A stretch of 64,000 nucleotides of DNA. It comes from Proteobacteria bacterium SG_bin7. GTDB lineage: Bacteria > Bdellovibrionota > Bdellovibrionia > Bdellovibrionales > SG-bin7. The stretch covers positions 36,680 through 100,679 of the forward strand of contig LWDK01000036.1 in the NCBI GenBank assembly GCA_002083485.1, in the 5' to 3' direction. The position numbers and the translations under genes were made by a program. Positions within the stretch are counted from its first letter, which is position 1; every line of letters begins with the position of its first letter. The notes below the pieces were generated by a model. It was not told the DNA's origin. It saw only the letters and a program-made list of their open reading frames with translations, and made no database searches. Shown here piece by piece: positions 45,367-53,812 of the stretch.

Positions 45367-45396
45367 TTTTGTGTCTCAGTTCGAGATGACACAAAA
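45367..45396 (-). other. 9-bp perfect inverted repeat TTTTGTGTC-N12-GACACAAAA
   Basis: It lies between the stop of the upstream kinase gene (45453) and the sigma-54 promoter. It could be a weak terminator or a regulator-binding site. Confidence 0.35.
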
Positions 45397-45452
45397 CATT
45401 TGGACAACTTGGCAAATAGCAACCACTGCTACCTGACAATCTGACAACAAGA

Positions 45453-46943
45453 TTAAGCGTTCTTTAAACGAAGTTTAAATAGAGTTCCCTGACCGATGCG
45501 GCTAGAGACATCCATCGACCCACCCCACGACTGTACAATTTTATAGGACGTTGCCAAACCCAAACCCGTACCCACGCCGACATCTTTCGTGGTAAAAAAC
45601 GGTTTGAAGAGATGTTTTAAGTTTTTTTCTTCAATACCATTACCAGTATCTTCAACTAAAATAATTTTCGCCAACCCATCATTTTCAACCCGAATGCTAA
45701 TTTTATGGCCGTCTTTACGATCTTTTTTCTTAGCTTCGTCGATAGCGTAAACCGAGTTGACAAGCAAATTCAAAAGGACTTGCCCCAGCGGACCGGCTTC
45801 CGCCAGAACACTTTGGTCTTTACCGCAAACTACATCAAGTTTTATGTCACTTCTTTCTAGCTCATGTTTAAGAAGCCTTGTGACATCGTCAAGCACCAAA
45901 GCGACATTCACCGGAATAGCCACTGAGGATTTTTTCTCACGTGCAAGATTTAAAAGTGAATTTACCAGCTTTGAAATGCGATCGATTTGCGAAGTGATAA
46001 GGCCCATATCTTCTTTGATGGTCATTTCTTTAGATCTATCAGAAATAAACTGCGCCCGACCCCGGATAACTCCAAGAGGAGTTCCTATTTCGTGAGCTAA
46101 ACTCGAAGCTAAAAGCCCGAGCGACGCTAATCGGTCCTGACGCAAGATCTGCGCTTCCATTTGTTTTCTTTGCGAGACATCACGGATGGCAACAAGAATT
46201 GCATTTTCACTCTGTAAAACCAAGTTTCGACTCGCGACCAGTAGCGGAACCTCAGTTCCATCTTTTTTTACTCCAATACATTCAAGTCCCGTCGTTCTAT
46301 TTTCTAAAATGTCCTTCTTAAACACATCACGACGATCTGTGCGAATCAAATCGATCAATTGAGTGTTTAACATTTCCTTTGGCGACACACCAAAAATACT
46401 ACCCGCCGCCTCATTAACATCTTGGATAAGCCCGTCTCTAATTACAAAGATACCTTCGAAGGTAGAGTTGAAGAGTGTTTTAAAGTTTTCTTTTTGCTCT
46501 CGTAAGGCCTTAATATCCTGACCGCGCTTATGCGCGTACCGAATAGATTTCTCCAGTACCGGTCCAATTAACTTTTCTTTTACCAAATAATCCGCGGCAC
46601 CCATCCGCATGGCTTTTAAATCAAGCTCCATGTCGCCAAAACCCGTCAGCAAAATAATAGGACAGAAATCAGAGTTCAGCTTCTCTAAGAGATCAAGCCC
46701 ACTCTGCTCACCCAATTTAAAATCAAGAAGGCAGATATCGTAGTTTTTGGAGTTTAGCGCCTCTAGGCCGCTTTCGTAACTCGACTTCCAAGTTAAAATA
46801 TATCTATAGGTATTGATCTCTCTTAAAAGGTCGCGAATAATGATATAGTCGTCTTCGTCATCATCGATAAGTAAAACTCGTAGGTCAGGTTTCTGCAAGC
46901 AAACCTCTACATCTTGTTCGGTAAACGAACTATATCGAACCAA
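45453..46943 (-). CDS. Hybrid sensor kinase: REC-PAS-HisKA-HATPase_c
   Basis: REC: RVLLIDDDEDD, ICLLDFKLGEQSG, VKEK. A PAS domain follows. H-box LASSLAHEIGTPLGVIRG, N-box LLNLLVNSVYA, G1 VEDTGNGI, G2 GTGLGLATS. An alternative TTG start at 46898 would avoid the 37-nt overlap. Confidence 0.85.
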   Translation of the reverse strand: MVRYSSFTEQDVEVCLQKPDLRVLLIDDDEDDYIIIRDLLREINTYRYILTWKSSYESGLEALNSKNYDICLLDFKLGEQSGLDLLEKLNSDFCPIILLTGFGDMELDLKAMRMGAADYLVKEKLIGPVLEKSIRYAHKRGQDIKALREQKENFKTLFNSTFEGIFVIRDGLIQDVNEAAGSIFGVSPKEMLNTQLIDLIRTDRRDVFKKDILENRTTGLECIGVKKDGTEVPLLVASRNLVLQSENAILVAIRDVSQRKQMEAQILRQDRLASLGLLASSLAHEIGTPLGVIRGRAQFISDRSKEMTIKEDMGLITSQIDRISKLVNSLLNLAREKKSSVAIPVNVALVLDDVTRLLKHELERSDIKLDVVCGKDQSVLAEAGPLGQVLLNLLVNSVYAIDEAKKKDRKDGHKISIRVENDGLAKIILVEDTGNGIEEKNLKHLFKPFFTTKDVGVGTGLGLATSYKIVQSWGGSMDVSSRIGQGTLFKLRLKNA

Positions 46944-47356
46944 TAGTGTCCAAGGGCCTTCATGACTTCAACTAGAGACGCAAACTGAACGGGTTTGGTA
47001 ACGAAGGAATTAACACCCAAATTGTAAGAGCGAAAAATATCCTCCTCAGCTTTCGACGTTGTCAGAATCACAACTGGAATTTGCCGCAGACCAGGGTTGC
47101 TTTTGATTTCCTGTAAGGCTTCACGCCCATCTTTACGTGGCATATTTAAATCCAAAAGAATAAGGCCGGGCATTGGAAATTTCTTGTCGTCGTTATAATG
47201 ACCTTGGCGCTCTAGATATCTCATGAGTTCTTCGCCGTCTTTGACAAAAAACAACTCATTGAGGAGGCGACTTTCCTGCATGGCCTCTTTAATCATAAGT
47301 TGATCATCTTGATCGTCATCAGCAACCAATATGGGGATTGATTTTTTAATAGTCAT
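46907..47356 (-). CDS. Single-domain response regulator
   Basis: REC: ILVADDDQDD, ILLDLNMPRKDG, VILTTSK, TKPV. Confidence 0.85.
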   Translation of the reverse strand: MTIKKSIPILVADDDQDDQLMIKEAMQESRLLNELFFVKDGEELMRYLERQGHYNDDKKFPMPGLILLDLNMPRKDGREALQEIKSNPGLRQIPVVILTTSKAEEDIFRSYNLGVNSFVTKPVQFASLVEVMKALGHYWFDIVRLPNKM

Positions 47357-48495
47357 AACTTGTCTCCAAGATTTTGCTTAATAGGCAAACTAATTGAAAA
47401 GGTTGAACCCTGGCCCAATTTCGACCGTGCCGTCACCATTCCATTGTGGCGATCAACGATCTTCCGACATACGGCTAATCCTATCCCTGTCCCCTCATAC
47501 TCATGTCGACCGTGCAAACGTTGAAAAATTGTGAAAATGCGGTCAAGGTACTTTTCATCGAATCCAATTCCGTTGTCAGTGATAGAAACCTGACAAGCTG
47601 GAACGCCATTGACATAAATGCCCTCTAAAACCTTTCCCTCCACCTTTACAACCGGATCAATGCCTTTTCTATGAAATTTCAAAGCATTGCCAATAATATT
47701 TTGGAAAAGCTGACGCATTTGAGTTGGGTCAGCCATAATTGTTGGTAAATTTCCAACCTCAACCAGTCCCTTAGTTTGTTCAATTCTCACTTCCAAATCC
47801 GATATCACATCTTTTAAAACTCGATTTAAATCAACTTTTATAAAAGGCTGCGCTCTTGTTGTCACTCGCGAATATGAAAGCAAATCATCAATGAGCGTCT
47901 GCATTCGGCTGGCCGAGTTTTGTACGCGAGCGATGTAGTCTTTGACTTCTTCATCTAATTTGTCGCTAACTTTTAATTTAATTCGGTCCAAGAAAGTTAA
48001 AATTTTTCTTAAAGGTTCTTGCAGGTCATGAGCTGCTATCGAGGCAAAATCCTGCAGCTCCCTGTTGCTAATTTCTAATTTCTTCGAATTAATTTTTAGA
48101 TTCTCTTCAGCCAATTTGCGCTCGGTAATTTCATAGCGTACAGCCACATAGGCTTCGGGCCTTCCCTGCTCATTCATAAAGGGAACAATTGTCGTATTCA
48201 CCCAATAAAGGTTCCCGGATTTGGCGCGATTACAAATTTCGCCCTCCCAAACTTTACCTGAAGAAATTGTCTTCCACATACTTACAAAATAATCTTTAGA
48301 ATGATAACCGGAGTTTACGATCCGATGATTACTCCCAATAAGCTCATCTTGCGCATACCCCGAAATTGAACAAAACTTCTTGTTAGCGTAAGTGATAACT
48401 CCTTGCCTGTCAGTAATGGCAACGATTGCCGCCTCATCGATCGCGGATTTTAAAAAAGACATATTTTGATGCGAAAGCCCTTGATTTTTTGTCAC
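47353..48495 (-). CDS. PAS sensor histidine kinase
   Basis: PAS: IVAITDRQGVITYANKKFCSISGYAQDELIGSNHRIVNSGYH. H-box FASIAAHDLQEPLRKI, N-box LFQNIIGNALKF, G1 ITDNGIGF, G2 GTGIGLAVC. Confidence 0.9.
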   Translation of the reverse strand: MTKNQGLSHQNMSFLKSAIDEAAIVAITDRQGVITYANKKFCSISGYAQDELIGSNHRIVNSGYHSKDYFVSMWKTISSGKVWEGEICNRAKSGNLYWVNTTIVPFMNEQGRPEAYVAVRYEITERKLAEENLKINSKKLEISNRELQDFASIAAHDLQEPLRKILTFLDRIKLKVSDKLDEEVKDYIARVQNSASRMQTLIDDLLSYSRVTTRAQPFIKVDLNRVLKDVISDLEVRIEQTKGLVEVGNLPTIMADPTQMRQLFQNIIGNALKFHRKGIDPVVKVEGKVLEGIYVNGVPACQVSITDNGIGFDEKYLDRIFTIFQRLHGRHEYEGTGIGLAVCRKIVDRHNGMVTARSKLGQGSTFSISLPIKQNLGDKL

Positions 48496-48498
48496 TCT

Positions 48499-49884
48499 CT
48501 AATCCTCAGTAGGCTCGGGGACCTCTGCCGAAACCATCCCGTACTCTCTTTCTTTGCGATAAAGAGTGCGGCGACTAACTCCTAAAATTTTCGCGGCCTT
48601 TTCCTTTTCAAAATTTACTTGGCTCATAATACGTTTGATATAGTGCTCCTCTAACTTCTCAAGCGTTGGGTTTCCCTCGAAGAGTTTCTCGATAGAACTT
48701 TTCGCTGATTCGAGTGCACCGCTAAAAATATCTTTGGCGTCGATAACCTTACTCCGGCTCAATATTACTGCACGTTCGATAACCCCTTCAAGCTCCCGCA
48801 CGTTTCCTGGCCAAGGGTGCGCCAACAACATCGCCATCGCTTCTGATGAAACCCCTGAAACGATAGAATTGTTTTGAAGCGCGAATTTTTTAACAAAGTT
48901 TTCGACAAGCAAAGGAATATCTTCAACCCGCTCGCGTAGGGCTGGAACACGAACTGGAATAACTTTTAAACGATAATACAAATCTTCCCGAAACTTACCA
49001 TCTCTGACCATAGTTTCTAAATCTCGATGAGTCGCCGCGATTACTCTGACGTCAACTTGTTTAAGCTTTCCATCTCCCACAGGACGGATTTGCTTATCCT
49101 GCAAAACACGTAGTAACTTCCCCTGAAGTGGCGGAGTTAAATCACCAATTTCATCAAGAAAAATGGTGCCGCCATTTGCCTCCTCGAACAAACCCTTTTT
49201 GTCATTTACGGCACCCGTAAACGATCCTTTGATATGACCAAAAAGCTCACTCTCTAAGAGTTGCTCGGGAATAGCGGTGCAATTGATAGGAACAAAGGCT
49301 TTCCCTCGGCGGGGACCTAAACTATGAATCGCACGCGCGATAAGTTCTTTTCCAGAACCACTCTCGCCGGTAATTAGGATAGTGGCATTAGCTGAGGCAA
49401 TTCTCTTTACCATATCAAAAACTTCTAAGATTGCTGGACTTTTTCCGATAATGGATTCTAAAGAAAAGGAGTGTTTCAACTCTCTTTTTAAAATCTTATT
49501 CTCTTGCGTAAGCACCGATCTTTCCAGAGCCCTCTCAACCAATAAGACCATCTCTTCATTTTTGAAGGGTTTCACGATGTAGTGGTAGGCTCCAGCTTTC
49601 ATCGCCTCGATGGCCGTTTCAATCGAGCCAAAAGCTGTCATCATAATGGTCGTAACACTTGAATAATCGGCTTGAAGTTTTTTTAGAAACATCATGCCAT
49701 CGATTTCTTTCATTTTCAGGTCAGTGATTACTACATCAGGGAGGTCTTTTTTGAATTGAACCAGAGCTTCCGAAACAGACGAATACGCCTGAGCCTCGTA
49801 GCCTTCATTAATTAGAATATCTTTAACAAGACGACCCATTTCAAAATCGTCATCCACGACGGCGATCTTTCGACTACCCTTCAT
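48499..49884 (-). CDS. NtrC-family sigma-54-dependent response regulator (REC, AAA+, Fis-type HTH)
   Basis: REC: IAVVDDDFEMG, VVITDLKMKEIDG. Walker A GESGSGKE, GAFTGA-type loop ESELFGHIKGSFTGA, Walker B IFLDEIGDL, HTH AAKILGVSRRTLYRK. Confidence 0.9.
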   Translation of the reverse strand: MKGSRKIAVVDDDFEMGRLVKDILINEGYEAQAYSSVSEALVQFKKDLPDVVITDLKMKEIDGMMFLKKLQADYSSVTTIMMTAFGSIETAIEAMKAGAYHYIVKPFKNEEMVLLVERALERSVLTQENKILKRELKHSFSLESIIGKSPAILEVFDMVKRIASANATILITGESGSGKELIARAIHSLGPRRGKAFVPINCTAIPEQLLESELFGHIKGSFTGAVNDKKGLFEEANGGTIFLDEIGDLTPPLQGKLLRVLQDKQIRPVGDGKLKQVDVRVIAATHRDLETMVRDGKFREDLYYRLKVIPVRVPALRERVEDIPLLVENFVKKFALQNNSIVSGVSSEAMAMLLAHPWPGNVRELEGVIERAVILSRSKVIDAKDIFSGALESAKSSIEKLFEGNPTLEKLEEHYIKRIMSQVNFEKEKAAKILGVSRRTLYRKEREYGMVSAEVPEPTED

Positions 49885-50112
49885 ATGTCTCCATTTTGAG
49901 AAATTCAGTTAATTTTAGTCGTCTTAAATTATACTTCAATGCGTATGCCATGGCGTATTCAACTGTGTTTACAGTATGGTTCTACAAATATGACAAATTG
50001 TCCATTTCTTAAAATTTCGGGCCAAGTTGTCACGGTATGGGAAGTCTACCCGGAATCCTGACGAATTTCTAAGCTTGCGTGTGCCCCCTGGAAAGTCGGA
50101 TCGCCTCAATAT

Positions 50113-50418
50113 TTATGATTTATGCGCCTCAACGTCATAGGAAGGCCTGCTCGACCTGAGAACACCCCGTAACTGATCAAGACACTGCATACCTGAAATT
50201 AGGTTCTCGGGAGCGACGCCATAACCTAAAACCGTAAACACATCGGCCTGGAGTTGCTGCCAAAATTAACGCATGCGAGTTTTGAGTTGATTGATGATTG
50301 TCGGAGTATCTTTTCGTCCCACGGGTACATAGTCACGAAAGATTTGGGACGTTCTAATTCCGACAAAAATTGTGATAGCCAATAAACAAATTGTAAAAAA
50401 TGAGTTCGCAAAGAGCAT
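50113..50418 (-). pseudogene. Possible decayed small gene: 50-codon ORF, an in-frame TAA, then 50 further open codons
   Basis: My own translation gives MLFANSFFTICLLAITIFVGIRTSQIFRDYVPVGRKDTPTIINQLKTRMR-TAA-FWQQLQADVFTVLGYGVAPENLISGMQCLDQLRGVLRSSRPSYDVEAHKS-TAA. It is below the track's size cut-off and I recognise no family. Confidence 0.25.
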
Positions 50419-50567
50419 TCCGACTTTTAGTGAATATATAACGTTTTCATATTGAGCTTCTATCTAGGGTTTTTGAGATCGTCTAAAAGTTTGACAAGGT
50501 CCAACTTAACGCCTCAAGAAAAGTTGGGTGCCGGTATATGTTCGATAAAAAGAACCTGGAACCTTTT

Positions 50568-52058
50568 CTAGGAAATGCTATAGCTCGTGGAGCGACCGGA
50601 GCCATGACGAATAAGTAGTCCGTGTTCAGTCGCCAGTGTTAGCATTCGGGACGCAGATCGCCCCGGTAACTTTAATCTCTCGACTACCGCCCTTAGTGAA
50701 AAGTTTTGGGTGAGACTGTTTTCTAGTAAAAGTTTTAAAAAATCGTCTAAACGCGAGTGAATTTTCATAGACCCATCTACCTTAAGTATGTATCCATTTT
50801 TGGATCGAAGTCGATAACCACCGTATCCACGAATTACCTGTAAATCTATTTCGCGGTTTTCGAACCACTGATTAAGTCTCTTCACGGCTTCATAAACTTG
50901 TTGTCGAGAGGTGTGGGGATTAAAATATACACCCCTGAACACAATTGAAAAAATTCGAGTCGTAGAAAATGGCGCATAGAAGTCAGTTGTTAAACACTGG
51001 ATCAGCCTATGCAGTGTCTTTCCGACCTTGAGCTGATGCCTAGAGTTCAAGTCCAACCCCTTCGAAATATCGAAAATGTTTTTCGGACGATCCTGCTTTA
51101 CGCCAATAAATTTTTCATAGCTAATCACTAAAGGCAGCGGCTTTCCCCAGAACGCAAGTATTCTTTTTCGATACTCTGGATATGGAGTCCCGTAGTATAG
51201 GTCATAGATTTTTTTAATATCATTAGTGGCGATGGCAGATAAAAGTTCAATGTCACGAAGTGTATTCCAGTCTCTAATGTTTGCCGCTTGAGATCTTAAG
51301 GCAATTAATCCCCTAATCGCCGGTTTCGAATTGTTCTCCATTAATAATTGGCTCATAGCTCTGACTTTATCAATGTAAAGTATATAGCGGGGGTTAGAAA
51401 TACCCATGTAAGTACTAGCTTCATTTAACAGTTTTGTTGCACAGGGAAAGTCTCTTTTAAGTACGTAAGCTTGCCCGAGAAGTTCGAGAGCATTTCCACA
51501 CAACAAATGAAAGCGACTCTTTTTCGCCCGACTCAAGAGGTGTTCCAAAATTTTTATCGCCTTATCAGGCTCATTTGTATGTACGTAGGTCGCGCCCAAG
51601 TTCAGTTCACCAACACGTCGTCGATATTCGGGAATGGCTGGACACGCCAAGAATTTGTGAAGATGTTCGCGTGCGAAAAGGTATTCCCACTTAGTCATAT
51701 ATGCAGCTGCGCGCTCAAAATGTAACTCCGGTGAACTCTCATCTCGTACCGAATTGAGAAGCTCAATACTTTCATCGCACAAATTGAGTTTGGTCAAACA
51801 CGCAGCGTACTCTATTATCTCGAGATTACTTGGCGACTGCATCGAATTTCGTATGATTGGATTTAAAAGCTTGAGGGCATTATACGAACCTCCCATTCGC
51901 CTTAGGAGGTTTGCGTATCTAAATATTAATGATCGCGGAATCCCCTTAGGACTAACAGCAGCAACAAGATCCTTTACCTTCGGGGCTTGATTTAAACGCA
52001 GCCGGTTTTCAAGATCATCTAAAAATGAAACATCAACCTTTATTTTACCTCTAATCAT
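50568..52058 (-). CDS. Putative transcriptional regulator: TPR-like helical repeats followed by OmpR-type and a second winged-helix domain
   Basis: Helical repeats span roughly aa 40-290. FSIVFRGVYFNPHTSRQQVYEAVKRLNQWFENREIDLQVIRGYGGYRL resembles a trans_reg_C wing, and the C-terminus RSASRMLTLATEHGLLIRHGSGRSTSY resembles a wHTH. It is divergent from the LamG gene. Confidence 0.55.
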   Translation of the reverse strand: MIRGKIKVDVSFLDDLENRLRLNQAPKVKDLVAAVSPKGIPRSLIFRYANLLRRMGGSYNALKLLNPIIRNSMQSPSNLEIIEYAACLTKLNLCDESIELLNSVRDESSPELHFERAAAYMTKWEYLFAREHLHKFLACPAIPEYRRRVGELNLGATYVHTNEPDKAIKILEHLLSRAKKSRFHLLCGNALELLGQAYVLKRDFPCATKLLNEASTYMGISNPRYILYIDKVRAMSQLLMENNSKPAIRGLIALRSQAANIRDWNTLRDIELLSAIATNDIKKIYDLYYGTPYPEYRKRILAFWGKPLPLVISYEKFIGVKQDRPKNIFDISKGLDLNSRHQLKVGKTLHRLIQCLTTDFYAPFSTTRIFSIVFRGVYFNPHTSRQQVYEAVKRLNQWFENREIDLQVIRGYGGYRLRSKNGYILKVDGSMKIHSRLDDFLKLLLENSLTQNFSLRAVVERLKLPGRSASRMLTLATEHGLLIRHGSGRSTSYSIS

Positions 52059-52100
52059 GCCAACTTTCTCGGTTTTTTTTTATTTGAAGTTAAGACATAA

Positions 52101-53630
52101 TTGATGTTGGGGGTTGTAATGATTTGGTGGGACCTTAATTCCGCTATTAAAAAACATTTGTGGTTGTGGCCAGTCCTGCTCTTAACAACCGTGGCGCTAA
52201 AATTTCAAAACTGTACGGGCGGTGAAAACACAGTCTTATTTTCGAATATAAGAGGTTCCATTGAGTCGAGCTCTATGCAGGGAGGCAGTTATGATGGCAA
52301 GCCCTCATCTGGTTCTTATTGTAGAGTTTACGATGATCTCACTTGCCAGTCAAATGTTCCCGGGCTTCAGAGTTTGTTAACAGTTAATGATAAAGGCATT
52401 CATTTAGTACAAGATAATTGCGCGAGCGCGACGACAAACTTTCTTTTCAATGATGTCGCTATAAAATTCTCCACTTTATTACCAGACTATATCGGAGTGA
52501 GTCGCGGAATATTTGTAAAATGTGAACTAGATACCAACAATCTACCCAAAATACCAGAAGCAATGCCTGACGCTTATTGTGTTTCGCAAGACAATCGCAT
52601 CGCGGCGATTGTAAATAAAAATCTCATAACTTCCCAGATGAATTTATCCTTAACATTTGACTTAAACGGTCCGCTTCGACGAGCGAAAGCCGACAACCTT
52701 ATTAAACGCATTGCTAACAATGGCGACATTATATATTCCTCAATAGAATCTGATCTTGATTTAACAATTACGAAATCAACCTCCCAGACATCTTCGGGAT
52801 CGATGAGGGTTGTCGTTGACGATTTAGTAATTGAAAAGAAACTTAATTGCCGCACGTCGAGTCCATTACCAACTGTTATTGTCGAAAGCGATATGGAATT
52901 ATCTTCAACATGGATAAATACCACGCAGTTAGTGGGATATTGGAAGTTGAATGAAGCCAATGCCGTCGAAGGTACAACGATAGTTGATTCTTCAAGTTTC
53001 GCAAACTCAGGTATTTTAGAAACTGGCAGCGACGGATTGGTTAAGAGCAATTCAACTGCGAAAGGTGGTGCCATCGCTTTTGATGGAGTCAACGACAATA
53101 TTCGAATAGCTGATCCCATGGATGGACGATTTGATTTTGGAATGGGATCATTTTCTTACATGGTATGGATAAAAAAATCAGGCAATGTGGGGGCTTTCGA
53201 TATTGCGCTATCTCATGGTAACGGCGGTGGAGTTAATCAACGTTTTTTTGATATCGAGTGCGGTTCGGCATGCTACGCCGCAATTAGCGATGGGACTGGT
53301 AACCAAAACCGATCATCTGCTATGGCAAGATTTGCAGCCGTTGGCGCGCCTACTTTTGTTGGTCAATGGACTTTTTTGCTTGCTGTGGTCGATAGATCTA
53401 CCCAACAGTTTCGGGCCTACGTCAACGGGGTTTTAGTTTGGACAACAGATATTTCTCAAATTGGAAGTGTCACTAGTGCGAGTCAAGGAAATACTCGAAT
53501 AGGTGGAATAGTAAATGACGGTTCCTATCCCTTCTTTGGTCTCATCGACGACGTTGCTATTTGGAACCGTGCTTTGTCTGATTCTGAGATAACTGAAATC
53601 TTTCAACGACTGCGGCCTAAGTTTTATTAG
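52101..53630 (+). CDS. Lipoprotein with a C-terminal LamG / concanavalin-A-like lectin domain
   Basis: Lipobox ALKFQNC. LamG_3 pattern: GYWKLNE...DSSSFANSG...GGAIAFDGVNDNIRI...FSYMVWIK...WTFLLAVVD...FRAYVNGVLV...FFGLIDDVAIWNRALSDSEI. Confidence 0.75.
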   Translation: MMLGVVMIWWDLNSAIKKHLWLWPVLLLTTVALKFQNCTGGENTVLFSNIRGSIESSSMQGGSYDGKPSSGSYCRVYDDLTCQSNVPGLQSLLTVNDKGIHLVQDNCASATTNFLFNDVAIKFSTLLPDYIGVSRGIFVKCELDTNNLPKIPEAMPDAYCVSQDNRIAAIVNKNLITSQMNLSLTFDLNGPLRRAKADNLIKRIANNGDIIYSSIESDLDLTITKSTSQTSSGSMRVVVDDLVIEKKLNCRTSSPLPTVIVESDMELSSTWINTTQLVGYWKLNEANAVEGTTIVDSSSFANSGILETGSDGLVKSNSTAKGGAIAFDGVNDNIRIADPMDGRFDFGMGSFSYMVWIKKSGNVGAFDIALSHGNGGGVNQRFFDIECGSACYAAISDGTGNQNRSSAMARFAAVGAPTFVGQWTFLLAVVDRSTQQFRAYVNGVLVWTTDISQIGSVTSASQGNTRIGGIVNDGSYPFFGLIDDVAIWNRALSDSEITEIFQRLRPKFY

Positions 53631-53677
53631 TTCACAAATTTCGTGAGCTCAAATTGAGACATATTAAAACATCTCTA

Positions 53678-53695
53678 GGCGCAGATTTCTGCGCC
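53678..53695 (+). terminator. Hairpin GGCGCAG-ATTT-CTGCGCC after the LamG gene
   Basis: It has a perfect 7-bp GC-rich stem, lies 48 nt after the stop, and is followed by a pyrimidine-rich tract (CAAGTCTTATCTTCTCTCC) rather than a clean U-run. Confidence 0.45.
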
Positions 53696-53812
53696 CAAGT
53701 CTTATCTTCTCTCCTTGTTGTTTAATCATGCCAACTTTATTAGACGACTAGCGCGTCTCAAAGGAGGATATTTAAGTAAGAGGCTTGAGAGTATTTATAA
53801 ATAGGGGGTAAA

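Noticed and set aside
50085-50185. RNase P RNA-like strings: GGAAAGTCGGA (compare GGAAAGUCCGG) and GAGAACACCCCGTAA (compare ACAGAACCCGGCUUA).
   Set aside because: The two motifs are only about 60 nt apart, whereas in bacterial RNase P RNA they are separated by about 300 nt. No P4-compatible pairing or the remaining conserved regions is visible. The match is most likely coincidental.
52052-52067. The 16-nt exact repeat TAATCATGCCAACTTT occurs at 52052-52067 (spanning the regulator start codon) and again at 53723-53738, upstream of the first beta-helix gene. This suggested a duplicated regulator 5-prime end.
   Set aside because: The flanks show no further similarity, and the second copy would encode only a 21-aa peptide. 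One exact 16-mer repeat is about what chance predicts in 64 kb on both strands of AT-rich DNA.
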